Origin: Octopus sinensis
Taxonomy: Eukaryota
Direction: 5' to 3'
Length of the DNA: 64,000 bases
NCBI RefSeq assembly: GCF_006345805.1
Contig: NC_043006.1
Span: forward strand, 92,690,001 to 92,754,000
Shown here: in pieces, positions 39,438-53,120 of the stretch
Numbering within the stretch: position 1 is the stretch's first letter
Layout: each line of letters begins with the position of its first letter
Translations under genes and position numbers: made by a program
Notes under the pieces: model-generated
Seen by the model: only the letters and a program-made list of their open reading frames with translations
Told to the model about the DNA's origin: nothing
Databases searched by the model: none

Positions 39438-39951
39438 ACATTTATATATATATATAAACACCAAGAAAGTTAAGGGTTCAGGGTTCAACCCACTAAGGGA
39501 TAATATCTATCCAATATACTGTTGGTATAATACCCAATTATTAATACACAAGTGGTTTTTATTGCATTGCAATTAACTTACCTAGTGTATTAAATGGGTG
39601 AAGGTAAAGAGATTTTTACCATTAATTTATATTTCTAATAAGAAAATGGAGGAGAACAATATTTGGTTCATCAACTTTAGGACATTAAAAATGTTAACTT
39701 ATTTATTAAACTGATAATTATAATAACATACATACATATAGCATATTATTCTATGCATATAAAATAAGAATACAAGTAATTATTATGTATTCATGTTTTT
39801 AATAATTACTTGTATTCTTATTTTATATGCGTAGAATAATATGCTATATGTATGTATGTTATAAGTATGATTTCAATAAATAAATAAGTTAACATTTCTA
39901 ATGTCTTAAAGATGATGAACCAACTATTGTGCTCCTCCATTTTCTTATTTG

Positions 39952-39995
<44 letters not shown>

Positions 39996-40000
39996 ATATC

Positions 40001-40185
40001 CATGCTAGGAATATCATTAGGAGAGCATATTCGGAATGAGATAATTGGAGAACGGAGCGAAGGTAACGGTATGATCGCAGGGTAGTAACGACACAAATTC
40101 TGCTGGGTCGGACATGTCACAAGGCTCACTGACAACAGGTGGACCGGTACAAGAGATCGGAAGAGGCCGCTTGGAAAAATACCCC
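40001..40185 (+). mobile_element. RTE-clade LINE C-terminal fragment
   Basis: MLGISLGEHIRNEII..KFCWVGHVTRLTDNRWT..RDRKRPLGK matches the RTE MLGISLRD.IRNE..WAGHVAR..DNRWT..KRP.GRP motif. Confidence 0.8.
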
Positions 40186-40199
40186 GGGAACTTCCATAA

Positions 40200-41300
40200 A
40201 TATTTAATAGAAAACTGGAAACGTTACTTGATTCTGTGGACACATACACACTTGGAATATTTTTTGATTACCAAATATAATGTTTCTAACATTATAAACA
40301 ATAGTATTAACTTCACCATGGAATACTCGACCACCATACCCCCGTGACATTCTAATCATCAAAACAAATAGAAAAATTAGACACATTCATTACAAACCAA
40401 CAAATTCTGAACAATACCTGCTGTTCTCATGCCATCCCAAACATACGAAGACTTTCGTTCCATTTAATGTAGCAAGAAGTATCTGCACAAGTGTTTCAAA
40501 TTTTGAAACTCGTAATAAAATACCCCAGGAATTTAAACAAATACTTCTTGAAAGAAAATATTTCTCAATGTTAGATGACAGCAGAACGAAACCTGCACAA
40601 GCAATAGGTATCCAAACATTATGTAAAACAAAAGAAATCCAGATACACCCAATATTCTACCCTTTATACCAACACACAACCTCCAAAAGACAGAGCTTTA
40701 CGGCATTATCCACTAGAACATTACACTACTACGCATAGGCACAGGAGTGGCTGTGTGTTAAGTAGCTTCCTTACCAACCACATGGTTCCAGGTTCAGTCC
40801 CACTGCGTGGCACCTTGGGCAAGTGTCTTCTACTGTAGCCTCGGGCCGGCCAAAGCCTTGAGAATGGATTTAGTAGATAGAAACTGGAAGTATCCCGTCG
40901 TATATATATATATATACACACAAATGTATGTGTGTCTGTGCTGGTCCTTCCACCATCGCCTGACAACCGATGCTGTTGTGTTTACGTCCCCATATCTTAG
41001 CGGTTCGGCAAAAGAGACCGCTAGAATAAGTACTAGGCTTACAAAGAATAAGTACTGTGATCGATTTACTCGACTACAGGTGGTGCTCCAGAATGGCCGC
41101 AGTTAAATGACTGAAATAAGTAAAAGAATACAAGAATACTCAGACAAGACTTAAGGATGAACCAAGCACTCGAAATACGCAAAATAAGCAAAAGACAATC
41201 AAGATCCTTCAAAACATTCCCCACCAGCGCCAAATTACCCACCACAAACCCCACAAGAACAGTCAAAAAGTGTGGCCGCTCTAATTGCATCAAACGCAGT
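40200..41300 (+). mobile_element. Decayed Penelope-like element (Neptune-like thumb and linker), split by a SINE
   Basis: NIINNSINFTMEYSTTIP..PFNVARSICTSVS..KQILLERKY, then after the SINE SKRQSRSFKT..TSAKLPTT..VKKCGRSNC (start of a Cys-rich linker). Confidence 0.65.
40738..41130 (+). mobile_element. SINE family A, full length
   Basis: GGCACAGGAGTGGCTGTGTGTTAAGTAGC..GGTTCAGTCCCACTGCGTGGCACCTTGGGCAAGTGTC..AAGTAAAAGAATA. Confidence 0.9.
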
Positions 41301-41566
41301 GAAGACAAATATAAATTTGGAAGATGTTTGCCATTAAATATAAAGAATGTGACTTGGATTACACCGGTCAAACAAAACTTTCAGAAATATACTGTCTATT
41401 TATCGTCAACAAATAGGACACACCAGTGCTAGACATATCTCAATGAGGGGACATATAGACCTGGGTGTAAAAATTAAGTGTTCTAAGTTCCCAATCATCC
41501 CAATTTGTCTTTTCTCAGTCAATACCACAATTCAAACACGAATAAAATGAGAGAGAGAGAGAGAGA

Positions 41567-41640
41567 GGCAAGTGTAGCTGTGAGGTAAGAAGCTTGCTGC
41601 CCAACCACATGGTTCCAGATTCAGTTCCACTGAATGGCCC

Positions 41641-41706
<66 letters not shown>

Positions 41707-41970
41707 ATATATATATAATATATATATATATATACTTAATTTTAAGCAGCAGAAAATTCAACAAAATCTGTTACTCTGAGTTTCTCGTTGCCGTTCATCA
41801 GAGTTTTTGCTAGAATTCTAGCAAAAACTGTCTGATGAACGGCAACGAGAAACTCAGAGTAACAGATTTTGTTGAATTTTCTGCTGTTTCAAATAAAGCA
41901 TATTACTCTACCACTGGTATTTGAGTACTCTTTTTTCCACCTTGTTTCACATTTATGTGTTTACTCCGGT

Positions 41971-42037
<67 letters not shown>

Positions 42038-42230
42038 TTTGTGTGTTGTGTTTCCCCACCACCATCACTTGACAACCGATATTGGTGTTTACGTCCCCGT
42101 AACTTAGCGGTTCGGCAAAAGAGACCAATAAAATAAGTGCTAGGCTTACCAAATTCCTTGGGTCGACTCCTTCGTCTAAAGGTTGTACTCCAGCATTGCC
42201 GCAATAAAATGCCTGAAACAAGTAAAAGAA
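41567..42230 (+). mobile_element. SINE family A interrupted in its central (TA)n by a pLTR-like insert
   Basis: Head at 41567-41640 and tail at 42040-42230, with foreign sequence 41735-41972 between TA tracts. Confidence 0.75.
41828..41865 (+). ncRNA. Minimal type-I hammerhead ribozyme (complete core)
   Basis: CTGT-CTGATGA-ACGGCAACGA-GAAA-CTCAGAG-TA-ACAG: stem I CTGT/ACAG, GCAA-capped stem II, GUA triplet. An inverted second copy lies at 41768-41804. Confidence 0.75.
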
Positions 42231-42963
42231 TATATGTCCATACAAAGAAACAAATCAAGATTGAGCAAACTTTAACAAACTACATACAGCGACACCTATT
42301 CACACACAAACTCATTCTCCCACTTGTCAAGGGAATTTGTACAGCTAACCAATGGACACGACCATGACTTTCTCCCGTATGACACTAACACACAAATTTA
42401 GCGGAGAACAAAAATTTATGCCTACTTCCATTGATACGAATCTTAACCATTCATCCATTGGGCCACATACAAACGACTCCTGTCCCTTCTACCACTTGAC
42501 ACATTAAATGTAGAGAACCTTGATCGTTTGGGATAGTCATAAGATACGTTTGCTGAACACTAAGATATTATCACTTAAGTAGCGGGAAACTTGCAAGTAT
42601 TTCTAAGTATATTTGACAGATTGTTTGAGACTATTACAAGATACATTCCCACAACGGCAACAGCCTTAACTTACGGCAACAAATATAATATATAAGAATG
42701 CGCGTTGCGAATAACTCGTAAAAATTCCTAAGCTTAATCGCATCATCTTCCTCTACCAATCAAATCTTATACAAAACAGATTTTGAGCCAAGAGAATTTT
42801 CGAACTCCAGTAAGAATCAAAACAGTTACGGTATAGCCCCATGTCTTTCTACCTCAACATTTGTAACTCCAAGGAACCTGTGAAGCGGTTTTAGTCTTAA
42901 AAATAAAAAAATAAAATACCTAACCAAACTCACGTGCATTTTCGAAACTTCATACAAACATAC

Positions 42964-42997
<34 letters not shown>

Positions 42998-43003
42998 ATA
43001 TAT

Positions 43004-43037
<34 letters not shown>

Positions 43038-43041
43038 ATAC

Positions 43042-43073
<32 letters not shown>

Positions 43074-43087
43074 GCATATATATATAC

Positions 43088-43362
43088 TCTTTTACTCTTT
43101 ACTCTTTTACTTGTTTCAGTCATTTGACTGCGGCCATGCTGGAGCACCGCCTTTAGTCGAGCAAATCGACCCCGGGACTTATTCTTTGTAAGCCCAGTAC
43201 TTATTCTATCGGTCTCTTTTGCCGAACCGCTAAGTGACGGGGACGTAAACACACCAGCATCGGTTGTCAAGCAATGCTAGGGGACAAACGCAGATGCCAC
43301 GCAGTGGGACCGAACCCGCAACCATGTGGTTGGTTAGCAAGCTACTTACCACACAGCCACTC
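43088..43362 (-). mobile_element. SINE family A with internal deletion
   Basis: Well-conserved tail (TGACTGCGGCCATGCTGGAGCACCGCC) joined to the head (CTACTTACCACACAGCCACTC) with the middle missing. Confidence 0.85.
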
Positions 43363-43517
43363 AATATATATATATATTGGAAGGTTTGGAGATGATGTAC
43401 AGGTATTATATATTAGAAAAAATGAGGTAATCAGATCGGATGGTTCATATTTATAGATATTTATTTATATATTACATTTTTTACATATATATCATATCAT
43501 TCAGATCATATCATTCG

Positions 43518-43556
43518 GATTAGCGCTTTCTCCCAATCGAGTGGGGTTTTCAAATC
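43518..43556 (-). ncRNA. Degenerate minimal hammerhead ribozyme in pLTR-like insert
   Basis: Reverse complement GAT-TTGAAAA-CCCCACTCGATTGGGA-GAAA-GCGC-TA-ATC; two core substitutions relative to CUGAAGA. Confidence 0.5.
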
Positions 43557-44356
43557 AAATCAATTCCTTGTGGGTAATTTGAACATTTTATAGTTTCGTA
43601 GTAGTGGTGGGGAGGAATAAGACAGTATAAAAGGGTGAAGAGGAAGTGAGACAGAGAAAACATATGTGTATGTGTATGTGTGTGTGTGTGTGTATGTGTG
43701 TGTGTATGTGTGTGTGTGTGTGTGTGTTTGTATCTGATAGGGAAGAAGAAGTATTATTATTCCGTTGGCCTACTGGACCTCCTGTGGTTTTCTAAGAATT
43801 TTGGCTCTGCTCTCTGTCCAGTCTCGTGTCACTGAGTGTGTGTTGTGCGTAGGCTGGCTGGACAAATGTCATTTGGGGTCACACTTTCTATGATCGTTTT
43901 GTGGAGGTGTGTGTGTGTGTGTGTGTGTGTGTCCGTGTGTGTTTTTGTGTGCGTGTGTGTGTGTCTCTGTGTGTTTGGAGAAGGACAGAGAGAAAGAAAG
44001 AGAAAAGGGAAAATAAAAATAAAAATAAATATAAAAATAAAAATAAAAAATAATTAAAAATATTTTTTAAAAAATATAAAAAAATAAATAAAAAATAAAT
44101 AAAAATAAGGGAGGAAGTGGAGAAGAAAAAAATATTTTTGTGTGTTGATATTTATACCAATACATATATATATATACACACACAGACTTATACATAAAAT
44201 ATTTGAAAAAAAACTTTTTATCGGCTCAAAATGAATAACCAAATTACACCATCTTAAAAATTGTATATCATAGAAAGTTAAAATTAAAGTGACAATTAAT
44301 AATATAATATAATGTAATGTATATAACAGGCAATACACATATCTAAACACACACAG

Positions 44357-44387
<31 letters not shown>

Positions 44388-44436
44388 TACACATACAGAC
44401 AAATCCTAATGTTCTACTATATTAGATATATATATA

Positions 44437-44481
<45 letters not shown>

Positions 44482-44865
44482 CGAAAGGACCTTTCAGACA
44501 CACACATACAATTCACATGCACACACAGGTGGACATAAAACACATTCAATAAATGCTTTTTAGCCACTCCCTTGCCAGGAACACAAAGGTTTCTTTTAGA
44601 CAATAGACACTCCTTCTATCACACTCTGACACTTTGAATTCTATGCTAAACAATATTTAAAGAAGACTTCAACGAAAAATCTCCAGGTATGTTCTTGACT
44701 ACCAGACAAAAGATAGATTGTTTTCGATAAAATTTTTTTATAAATGTTTGATAATAGGATATTTGATACGATGAGATAATCTTTAGTTGATTTTAAAACC
44801 ATTTTTTATGAAATTCCATCATAAAGTATACTGTCTCAGACTTCTATGTTATTTCCACCCCTATC

Positions 44866-44961
<96 letters not shown>

Positions 44962-45086
44962 TAATAAAGGGAATTCCAACCTTGTCTGATTTTCACGTTT
45001 TATTTACAATCTTATAATGATATAATATAATATAATATAATATAATATAATAAATAAATAATAGAATGTTAAGTGTTCATTCTGAT

Positions 45087-45131
45087 TGAACTAGTACTTT
45101 CATGCATTAAATTCTGCAATCTTCAGGTTCA
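45087..45131 (-). ncRNA. Minimal type-I hammerhead ribozyme (complete core), copy 1
   Basis: Reverse complement TGAAC-CTGAAGA-TTGCAGAATTTAATGCAT-GAAA-GTAC-TA-GTTCA: 5-bp stem I, TGCA/TGCA stem II, AGTACT palindromic stem III, downstream AATAAA. Confidence 0.8.
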
Positions 45132-45782
45132 TGTAGTAGTGGTGACAGTCATGCTTCACAATTTTTGACTGTAGCGAGATGATTGAATCTGTGCCTTAAA
45201 TATAGCTGTGTAGGCTCCAGACTGCTAGGTTTGGCAAACTGTATTCTGACCAATCAGTGTGTAGTATCACTCAATTACTTAAGCTGATTGGTTCGTTGAG
45301 ATGATTGGTTTAGGCGTCACGCTTTGTTGGACATGTCAAGAGTCCTGTATCTTAACCCTGGAAGTGTTGTACAGATATTATATATTAGAAAAAATAAGGT
45401 ATTCAGAGATGTGTGTATGTATGTATGTATGTATGTATGTAGGTGGTTTTGTGACAGCATTTCTCCACCACTAAAGTTTGACAACCGGCATTGGTTTGTT
45501 TACGTCTCCGTTAGCTAGTGTTTCAGCAAAATGAACCGATGGAAGAAGTACCCGGCATAACAACACGAATAAAGAGTGAGGGGCGATTTATTCCATTAAA
45601 GTACTTCAAGTCAGTGCTCCAGTATGGGCTTAGGTCAGCGATTGAAACAAGTAACAGGTAAAAGATGTTACCTATCTAGCACTCTCGCTTTATAAACACA
45701 CACACGCACACACGCACACACACACACACACACTCAAATATATGAGCGTCCAGCATTTTGCCGAACGACCTGCACACCATGT

Positions 45783-45844
<62 letters not shown>

Positions 45845-46268
45845 TCCGTGGTGTTTTTGTGTGCGTGTGTGTGTGTCTCTGTGTGTTTGGAGAAGGACAG
45901 AGAGAAAGAAAGAGAAAAGGGAAAATAAAAATAAAAATAAATATAAAAATAAAAATAAAAATAATTAAAAATATTTTTTAAAAAATATAAAAAAATAAAT
46001 AAAAAATAAATAAAAATAAGGGAGGAAGTGGAGAAGAAAAAAATATTTTTGTGTGTTGATATTTATACCAATACATATATATATATACACACACAGACTT
46101 ATACATAAAATATTTGAAAAAAACCTTTTTATCGGCTCAAAATGAATAACCAAATTACACCATCTTAAAAATTGTATATCATAGGAAAGTTAAAATTAAA
46201 GTGACAATTAATAATATAATATAATGTAATGTATATAACAGGCAATACACATATCTAAACACACACAG

Positions 46269-46299
<31 letters not shown>

Positions 46300-46347
46300 T
46301 ACACATACAGACAAATCCTAAATGTTCTACTATATTAGATATATATA

Positions 46348-46398
<51 letters not shown>

Positions 46399-46786
46399 CG
46401 AAAGGACCTTTCAGACACACACATACAATTCACATGCACACACAGGTGGACATAAAACACATTCAATAAATGCTTTTTAGCCACTCCCTTGCCAGGAACA
46501 CAAAGGTTTCTTTTAGACAATAGACACTCCTTCTATCACACTCTGACACTTTGAATTCTATGCTAAACAATATTTAAAGAAGACTTCAACGAAAAATCTC
46601 CAGGTATGTTCTTGACTACCAGACAAAAGATAGATTGTTTTCGATAAAATTTTTTTATAAATGTTTGATAATAGGATATTTGATACGATGAGATAATCTT
46701 TAGTTGATTTTAAAACCATTTTTTATGAAATTCCATCATAAAGTATACTGTCTCAGACTTCTATGTTATTTCCACCCCTATCTCAT

Positions 46787-46895
<109 letters not shown>

Positions 46896-47019
46896 TAAAG
46901 GGAATTCCAACCTTGTCTGATTTTCACGTTTTATTTACAATCTTATAATGATATAATATAATATAATATAATATAATATAATAAAATAAAATAATAGAAT
47001 GTTAAGTGTTCATTCTGAT

Positions 47020-47064
47020 TGAACTAGTACTTTCATGCATTAAATTCTGCAATCTTCAGGTTCA
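47020..47064 (-). ncRNA. Minimal type-I hammerhead ribozyme (complete core), copy 2
   Basis: Identical to 45087-45131, inside the tandem duplicate. Confidence 0.8.
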
Positions 47065-47760
47065 TGTAGTAGTGGTGACAGTCATGCTTCACAATTTTTG
47101 ACTGTAGCGAGATGATTGAATCTGTGCCTTAAATATAGCTGTGTAGGCTCCAGACTGCTAGGTTTGGCAAACTGTATTCTGACCAATCAGTGTGTAGTAT
47201 CACTCAATTACTTAAGCTGATTGTTCGTTGAGATGATTGGTTTAGGCGTCACGCTTTGTTGGACATGTCAAGAGTCCTGTATCTTAACCCTGGAAGTGTT
47301 GTACAGATATTATATATTAGAAAAAATAAGGTATTCAGAGATGTGTGTATGTATGTATGTATGTATGTATGTAGGTGGTTTTGTGACAGCATTTCTCCAC
47401 CACTAAGTTTGACAACCGGCATTGGTTTGTTTACGTCTCCGTTAGCTAGTGTTTCAGCAAAATGAACGATGGAAGAAGTACCCGGCATAACAACACGAAT
47501 AAAGAGTGAGGGGCGATTTATTCCATTAAAGTACTTCAAGTCAGTGCTCCAGTATGGGCTTAGGTCAGCGATTGAAACAAGTAACAGGTAAAAGATGTTA
47601 CCTATCTAGCACTCTCGCTTTATAAACACACACACGCACACACGCACACACACACACACACACTCAAATATATGAGCGTCCAGCATTTTGCCGAACGACC
47701 TGCACACCATGTGTGTATGTGTGTGCGTGTGTGTGTGTGTGTGTATGTGTGTGTGTGTGT

Positions 47761-47792
<32 letters not shown>

Positions 47793-48325
47793 TCGCGAGC
47801 GTGAGTGCAAATGTGCGTGCTTGTAATCGTGTATGTATTCGCACACGTATAAATGCATGCTAGATGTCATTAATAACAAAAATCCTGCCGAATGGTGTCG
47901 CAGAAAGCACAGAACTGCAAAATCAACTTAATTACTCAGCGATATTCCTGCGCAGATAAGATCTGACTAATGCAATTTAATTGTTTGTGGCAATGTCACA
48001 CATGTGCACGCATAAAACAAATTATATTTATGCAGCTGAACTAATAACAAAAGCAGTCTGTTTTGCTGGAAGGAACAGCACAGATCTCTAGTTCCGTAGG
48101 CTGGTGTCTAGGGTGTGGCAGTCAGAATCATAAGATCGTGGTTTCGCGTCCTGGATTAGACATTGCATTGTGCTTTTTCGCAAAATACTTCACTTCATAT
48201 AGCTGACAGAACTCAGCTCTCATTGGATTGCAGCAGAAGCTGAGAAGTTCGAACCCTGTGATTGACGGGTAGCCCGTCTGGTAGTGGACTATTGTGAGGT
48301 TAGTCACCCATATGCAGGTGAAGGC

Positions 48326-48633
48326 AGGCGCAATGACCCAGTGGTTAGGACAGTGGACTCGGGGTCGGGGGATCGCTGTTTTGTTTCCCAGACTGCTAGT
48401 ACTGCTAGTAATGTGCGTTTATTGAGAGAAAACACTTAAAGCCCCACGATGCTCCGGAAGGGCGTGTTGGCGACCCCTGTTGTACTCTTTCGGCCCAAAT
48501 TTCTCTCACTCTTTCTTCCTGTTTCTTGAGTAACGCTGCGATGGACTGGCGTCTCGTCCAACTGGAGGGAACACATACGCCATGGAAACCCTGCCCATGA
48601 GCCTGGCTAGGCTTGAAAATAGCGCATAAAATA
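48326..48633 (+). mobile_element. SINE family C, full length, 14-bp TSD
   Basis: AGGCGCAATGACCCAGTGGTTAGGACAGTGGACTC head; ATGCAGGTGAAGGC at 48312-48325 and 48634-48647. Confidence 0.88.
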
Positions 48634-48638
48634 ATGCA

Positions 48639-48960
48639 GGTGAAGGCGTGTCGCTTTAATAGGTGGGGTATTAAGCTGACAGTCGAAAGTTTGAGAGTTC
48701 GATTCCTGGACTGGGCTGTGTTGTGTTCCTGAGCAAGATACTTTATTTCACTCAGCAGGTAAATATGAGTTATACCTGTAATTCAAAAGGGGTCAACCAT
48801 TTTACAAGCTGTGTCACGATGAATCTCCCTCAGAACTACATTAAGGTTACGCGTATCTGTGGAGTCCTCAGTCACCTGCACGTTAATTTCATGAACAGGC
48901 TGTTCCGTTCATTGGATCAACTGGAACCCTCGACGTCGTAACCGACAGAGTGTGCCAGTC
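48639..48960 (+). mobile_element. Older tRNA-derived SINE (distinct family)
   Basis: B box GAGTTCGATTCCTGG followed by CORE-like TTGTGTTCCTGAGCAAGATACTTT. Confidence 0.65.
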
Positions 48961-49289
48961 ACATGCCATGGAAACTGTTGAACTTCAGTCTTAGGAGTCC
49001 TTTACCTTATGACAGACCTAATATCATAGAACAGACATTTTGTTTAGGCTTTAAAATGATTCAGAGTAGATTATACTCTATCGCTGTATATATATATATT
49101 TATTTATTTATTTATTGCTATTTTTTGCCTTTGACCTTTTCTTTGTACTGCCGTTAACTTCATTTTCTGTTTTTCTTCCTTTTATTTTTGCCTCGTACGG
49201 TTTACCCAAATTTCCCCTTTGAACATTTTTCAAGTTTATCAAAATTTCTTTGAATGTAATTCCATACTCATTCGCATAAATATTGGTTT

Positions 49290-49452
49290 CATAATTTTGG
49301 TACAAGGCCACCAATATGAGGGAAGAGTCTAAGTCGATCTCAATTCCACTGGTAATTATTTTATCGACCCCGAACGGCAAAGTCGGTCTCGGCGTAATTT
49401 AAACCCAGAAACATTTTACCTGACGTACCAGCGATTCTGCCAACTCGCCGCC
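49290..49452 (-). mobile_element. SINE family B, degenerate
   Basis: TTTTATCGACCCCGAA..GCAAAGTCGGTCTCGGCG..GATTCTGCCAACTCGCCGCC. Confidence 0.7.
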
Positions 49453-50096
49453 CTGTCATTCGCATAAAATATTGATAAACAGCAAAATAAATTGGGCCTA
49501 TTATTAGTTTCTGGTTTTAATGGCACACAACATGCTGAATAGGAAATATTTTAGCATGAAGATTATGCTTGTAATTATGATAATTTTAAAGCATACTCAG
49601 TAGGGACGCGGAAATTCTAACAGAAGCAGATATCTTCAGTGAGGAATATTTCATTTTTTTTGTTTATTAGTTCTAAATTGCTTTGATTGACACAACCTAT
49701 GAATAATGTTGCTCCACCCATGACCTTCTCAATCAATCTTTACATTTTCTATTGTTTCATGTTTTTGTTTTTGACTATGTCAAAGTGTATTTGAGATAAT
49801 ACGGCACATACAAATAGAGAGAAGCCTGTCGAGGAAAAAGACTTCCCTATTTTAATCTGTGCCTTCAGCTTCTGATGACATCATATGGGAGCATGTGTTG
49901 GGCTTTTTAAATTAGATGATCGCTATCAAAAATTACAAGACAGGTCATGACATTTATGTTATGTGATTACTGTTTAATGGTTTGTATGTTATAAATAAAT
50001 AATCATATTGTGATGAATATGAAGATAGATATAGATAGATAAATAGGTAGATAGATAGATAAAACTTACTTGGAAAAGGATGCGTGGCGATCAATC

Positions 50097-50152
<56 letters not shown>

Positions 50153-50153
50153 C

Positions 50154-50309
50154 AGGCGTGGTTGTATGCTAAGAAGATTTGTTCCCAACCACATGGTTCC
50201 GGGTTCAGTCTCAGTACGTGGCATCTAGAGCAAGTGTCTTATACTATAGCCTCGGGCCGACCAAATCTTCGTGAGTGGATTTGTTAGAAAAAACTGGAAG
50301 AAACCCTTC

Positions 50310-50384
<75 letters not shown>

Positions 50385-50633
50385 TTAGTTTGTGTGTGTG
50401 TACCTGTGTTTGAACCCACCGCCCCATCGCTTGACAACCGATGCTGGTGCGTTTATGTCCTCTTAACTTAGCGGCTCAGAAAAAGAGACCAATAGAATAA
50501 GTACTAAGCTTAGAAACAATAAGTCGAAGGGCCGAGCTTTTCGACTAACACCCTTTCAGGTGGTGCTCTAGCATGGCCTTAGTCAAAATGACTGAAACAA
50601 GTAAAAAATAAAAGAATATATATATGTGTGTGT

Positions 50634-50671
<38 letters not shown>

Positions 50672-50880
50672 ATATTTGTCAGCACACCTAATCGTTTGAT
50701 AACCGGTGCCGAGTATTTTATATTCCCGTAAGAAAACGGTTCGACCAACGAGTCGATATAATAAATTCCAGACATTAAAATATGAATAGTGATGTCGAAT
50801 TGTTCGACCAAAAACACTTTGAGGCAGATGTCACCATGGTTGTATTTCAATGAGTGACACAGGTGAAAGATAAAAGTCAA
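50154..50880 (+). mobile_element. SINE family A (50154-50615) followed by a second decayed 3' half
   Basis: CAGGCGTGGTTGTATGCTAAGAAG..GGTTCAGTC..TGACTGAAACAAGTAAA; a tail-like repeat follows after (GT)n. Confidence 0.8.
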
Positions 50881-52771
50881 GTCGACACACTAAATGCAAT
50901 ATTCCGGCACTCCAAGAAAGATATACTTCTTACGAATAACAGTTTCTAAATTCAGTAAAATCGATTTCTTTCCTCGAAATAAAATTCTTCACAATTTAAA
51001 TGTCATCAATATTCTAATTCAGGCTGCAAACAATAGAAAGTTGATTGGTAAAAGTTACAAGAACGCAGACGCAGTTTTTTAAATTTGACTCCGGCTTCAT
51101 TCTATAGCTGCTTCCAAGCACCAACCGCATTCGACCAATATGAAAAACGCAGACGCAGGTCTTATAAATTTGTCTTGTTGTTGTAATGGAACGAGAAAAG
51201 AAGTTACAATGATTCGACTGGTGATGAGAGAATACGGATAGGGCTATTACTCCCGTATACGGCATTCTATATGACATTAATCCTATATATTGTATTACAA
51301 TCTCAAATCTTAAATTCCAAAGGTTAAGTGAAGTAAGATTAATATTTTAACCATGTGTAGAATTCATAATCAGTTTAGTACTAGATGTTTTCTCACAAAG
51401 GACACAATATCCATGCGTAAAGACGTTTATCTCATCCCCACGTCGTTTTAATTTTCCTCTAGTTGCATTCCATCCTTCCAATAGTAATGTCAGGTAGAAA
51501 AGCGTATACAATGTCTAATTCCAGCCGGAACGGATTTTTGCGCAAATATATGTATAGATTTGAAGTTGAACCGAAACGATACTGAAGCAATAACCTCCGT
51601 TATTGATATAGGCATTATATTCCTTTAAACTATTATGTTGTACGTAACAGCAATTAATATTGAGGTGTCATTTATAAGTCGCATTCTCTGATAGAAATAA
51701 TGCCTTCTTTTACAGCTCTTCACTCGCAGACTGTTTTTAAATCCAGTCACACTAAGCGGCAACAGCAAAACTATCACGACCAAAGTCCCAATTCGCTATT
51801 CATTAAACATCGTTGTAAATATTCGTGCAAGCTCAGCGATTTTAGAGGAAGTGTATTGTTGATTAAAAAGAGAAAAATTTTTAAATGTATTGTTTAATGA
51901 GTTCATATTAAATAATCATTAAAAAAAATGAACCAAAGGAAAGCTGTATCAACACACATTTCATTCTAATGACTGAATGGATGAAAGGTGACGTTGACCT
52001 TGGCGGGATTCAAACTCCGAACGTAAAACTTCAAAGAAATTCCGCTAAGCATTTTGGCTGCAACACTAAAGATTCTGCCAGCTCACGGCCTCTGATTTAC
52101 TTTCGAAATTTTAAATCTGTGTCTGACTTATTTATCATAAAATAAAAGGACATAACACGACACGAGAGATAAGGTTAACTTTTCCAAAGTTAATCTGACA
52201 CAAATAAACTTTGCTTTTCATTCTAGTAGGTGGAATAGATGCTACATTTTCAAAGTATGTACGTCATTACAGCGAATACAAATTTTGAAATTAAATCTCA
52301 TTCGTAATACAAGCATTTGATTAATACCTAATTAGAAACATATGCTATCTTTTCTGAAGAGGGTACCTCTAAAACGCAAAATGATAAATGATTAAGTTAA
52401 TTCATCTTTCATGTATATAATGACCGACGCTTACACCACTTACAAACCGCATACAAATACATCAATCAGTAAGTTAATCGTATTGCCAATTATACGGTAT
52501 TATGTGACTGAAGCTAATAATATCCTGCGTTAAAACGAACTTCGAATTCATCATAGATTCACGTGAGTGTGTGCCTGTGTGCTTGTGTGTACGCGCGTTA
52601 TTTGTTTGTGTGTGAGTGTATGTATGTATGTGTATATATATATATATATATGCATATATATATATATACATATATGTATGTATCCATATAAACACAAATA
52701 TGTATGCGTGTATATATCTATACACATCTATCTATCTATATATGAACGTCTATATGTAATGTGTATATATA

Positions 52772-53120
52772 GGCGCAGGAGTGGCTGTGTGGTAAGTAGC
52801 TTGCTAACCAACCACATGGTTCCGGGTCCAGTCCCACTGCGTGGCATCTTGGGCAAGTGTCTTCTGCTATAGCCCCGCGCCGACCAATGCCTTGTGAGTG
52901 GATTTGGTAAACGGAAACTGAAAGAAGGCTGTCGTATATATGTATATATATATGTGTGTGTGTTTGTGTGTCTGTGTTTGTCCCCCTAGCATTGCTTGAC
53001 AACTGATGCTGGTGTGTTTACGTCCCCGTCACTTAGCGGTTCGGCAAAAGAGACCGATAGAATAAGTATTAAGCTTACAAAGAATGACTGAAACAATTAA
53101 AAGAGAGTAAAAAAGAGAAT
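52772..53120 (+). mobile_element. SINE family A, well conserved
   Basis: GGCGCAGGAGTGGCTGTGTGGTAAGTAGCTTGC..GGCATCTTGGGCAAGTGTC. Confidence 0.9.
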
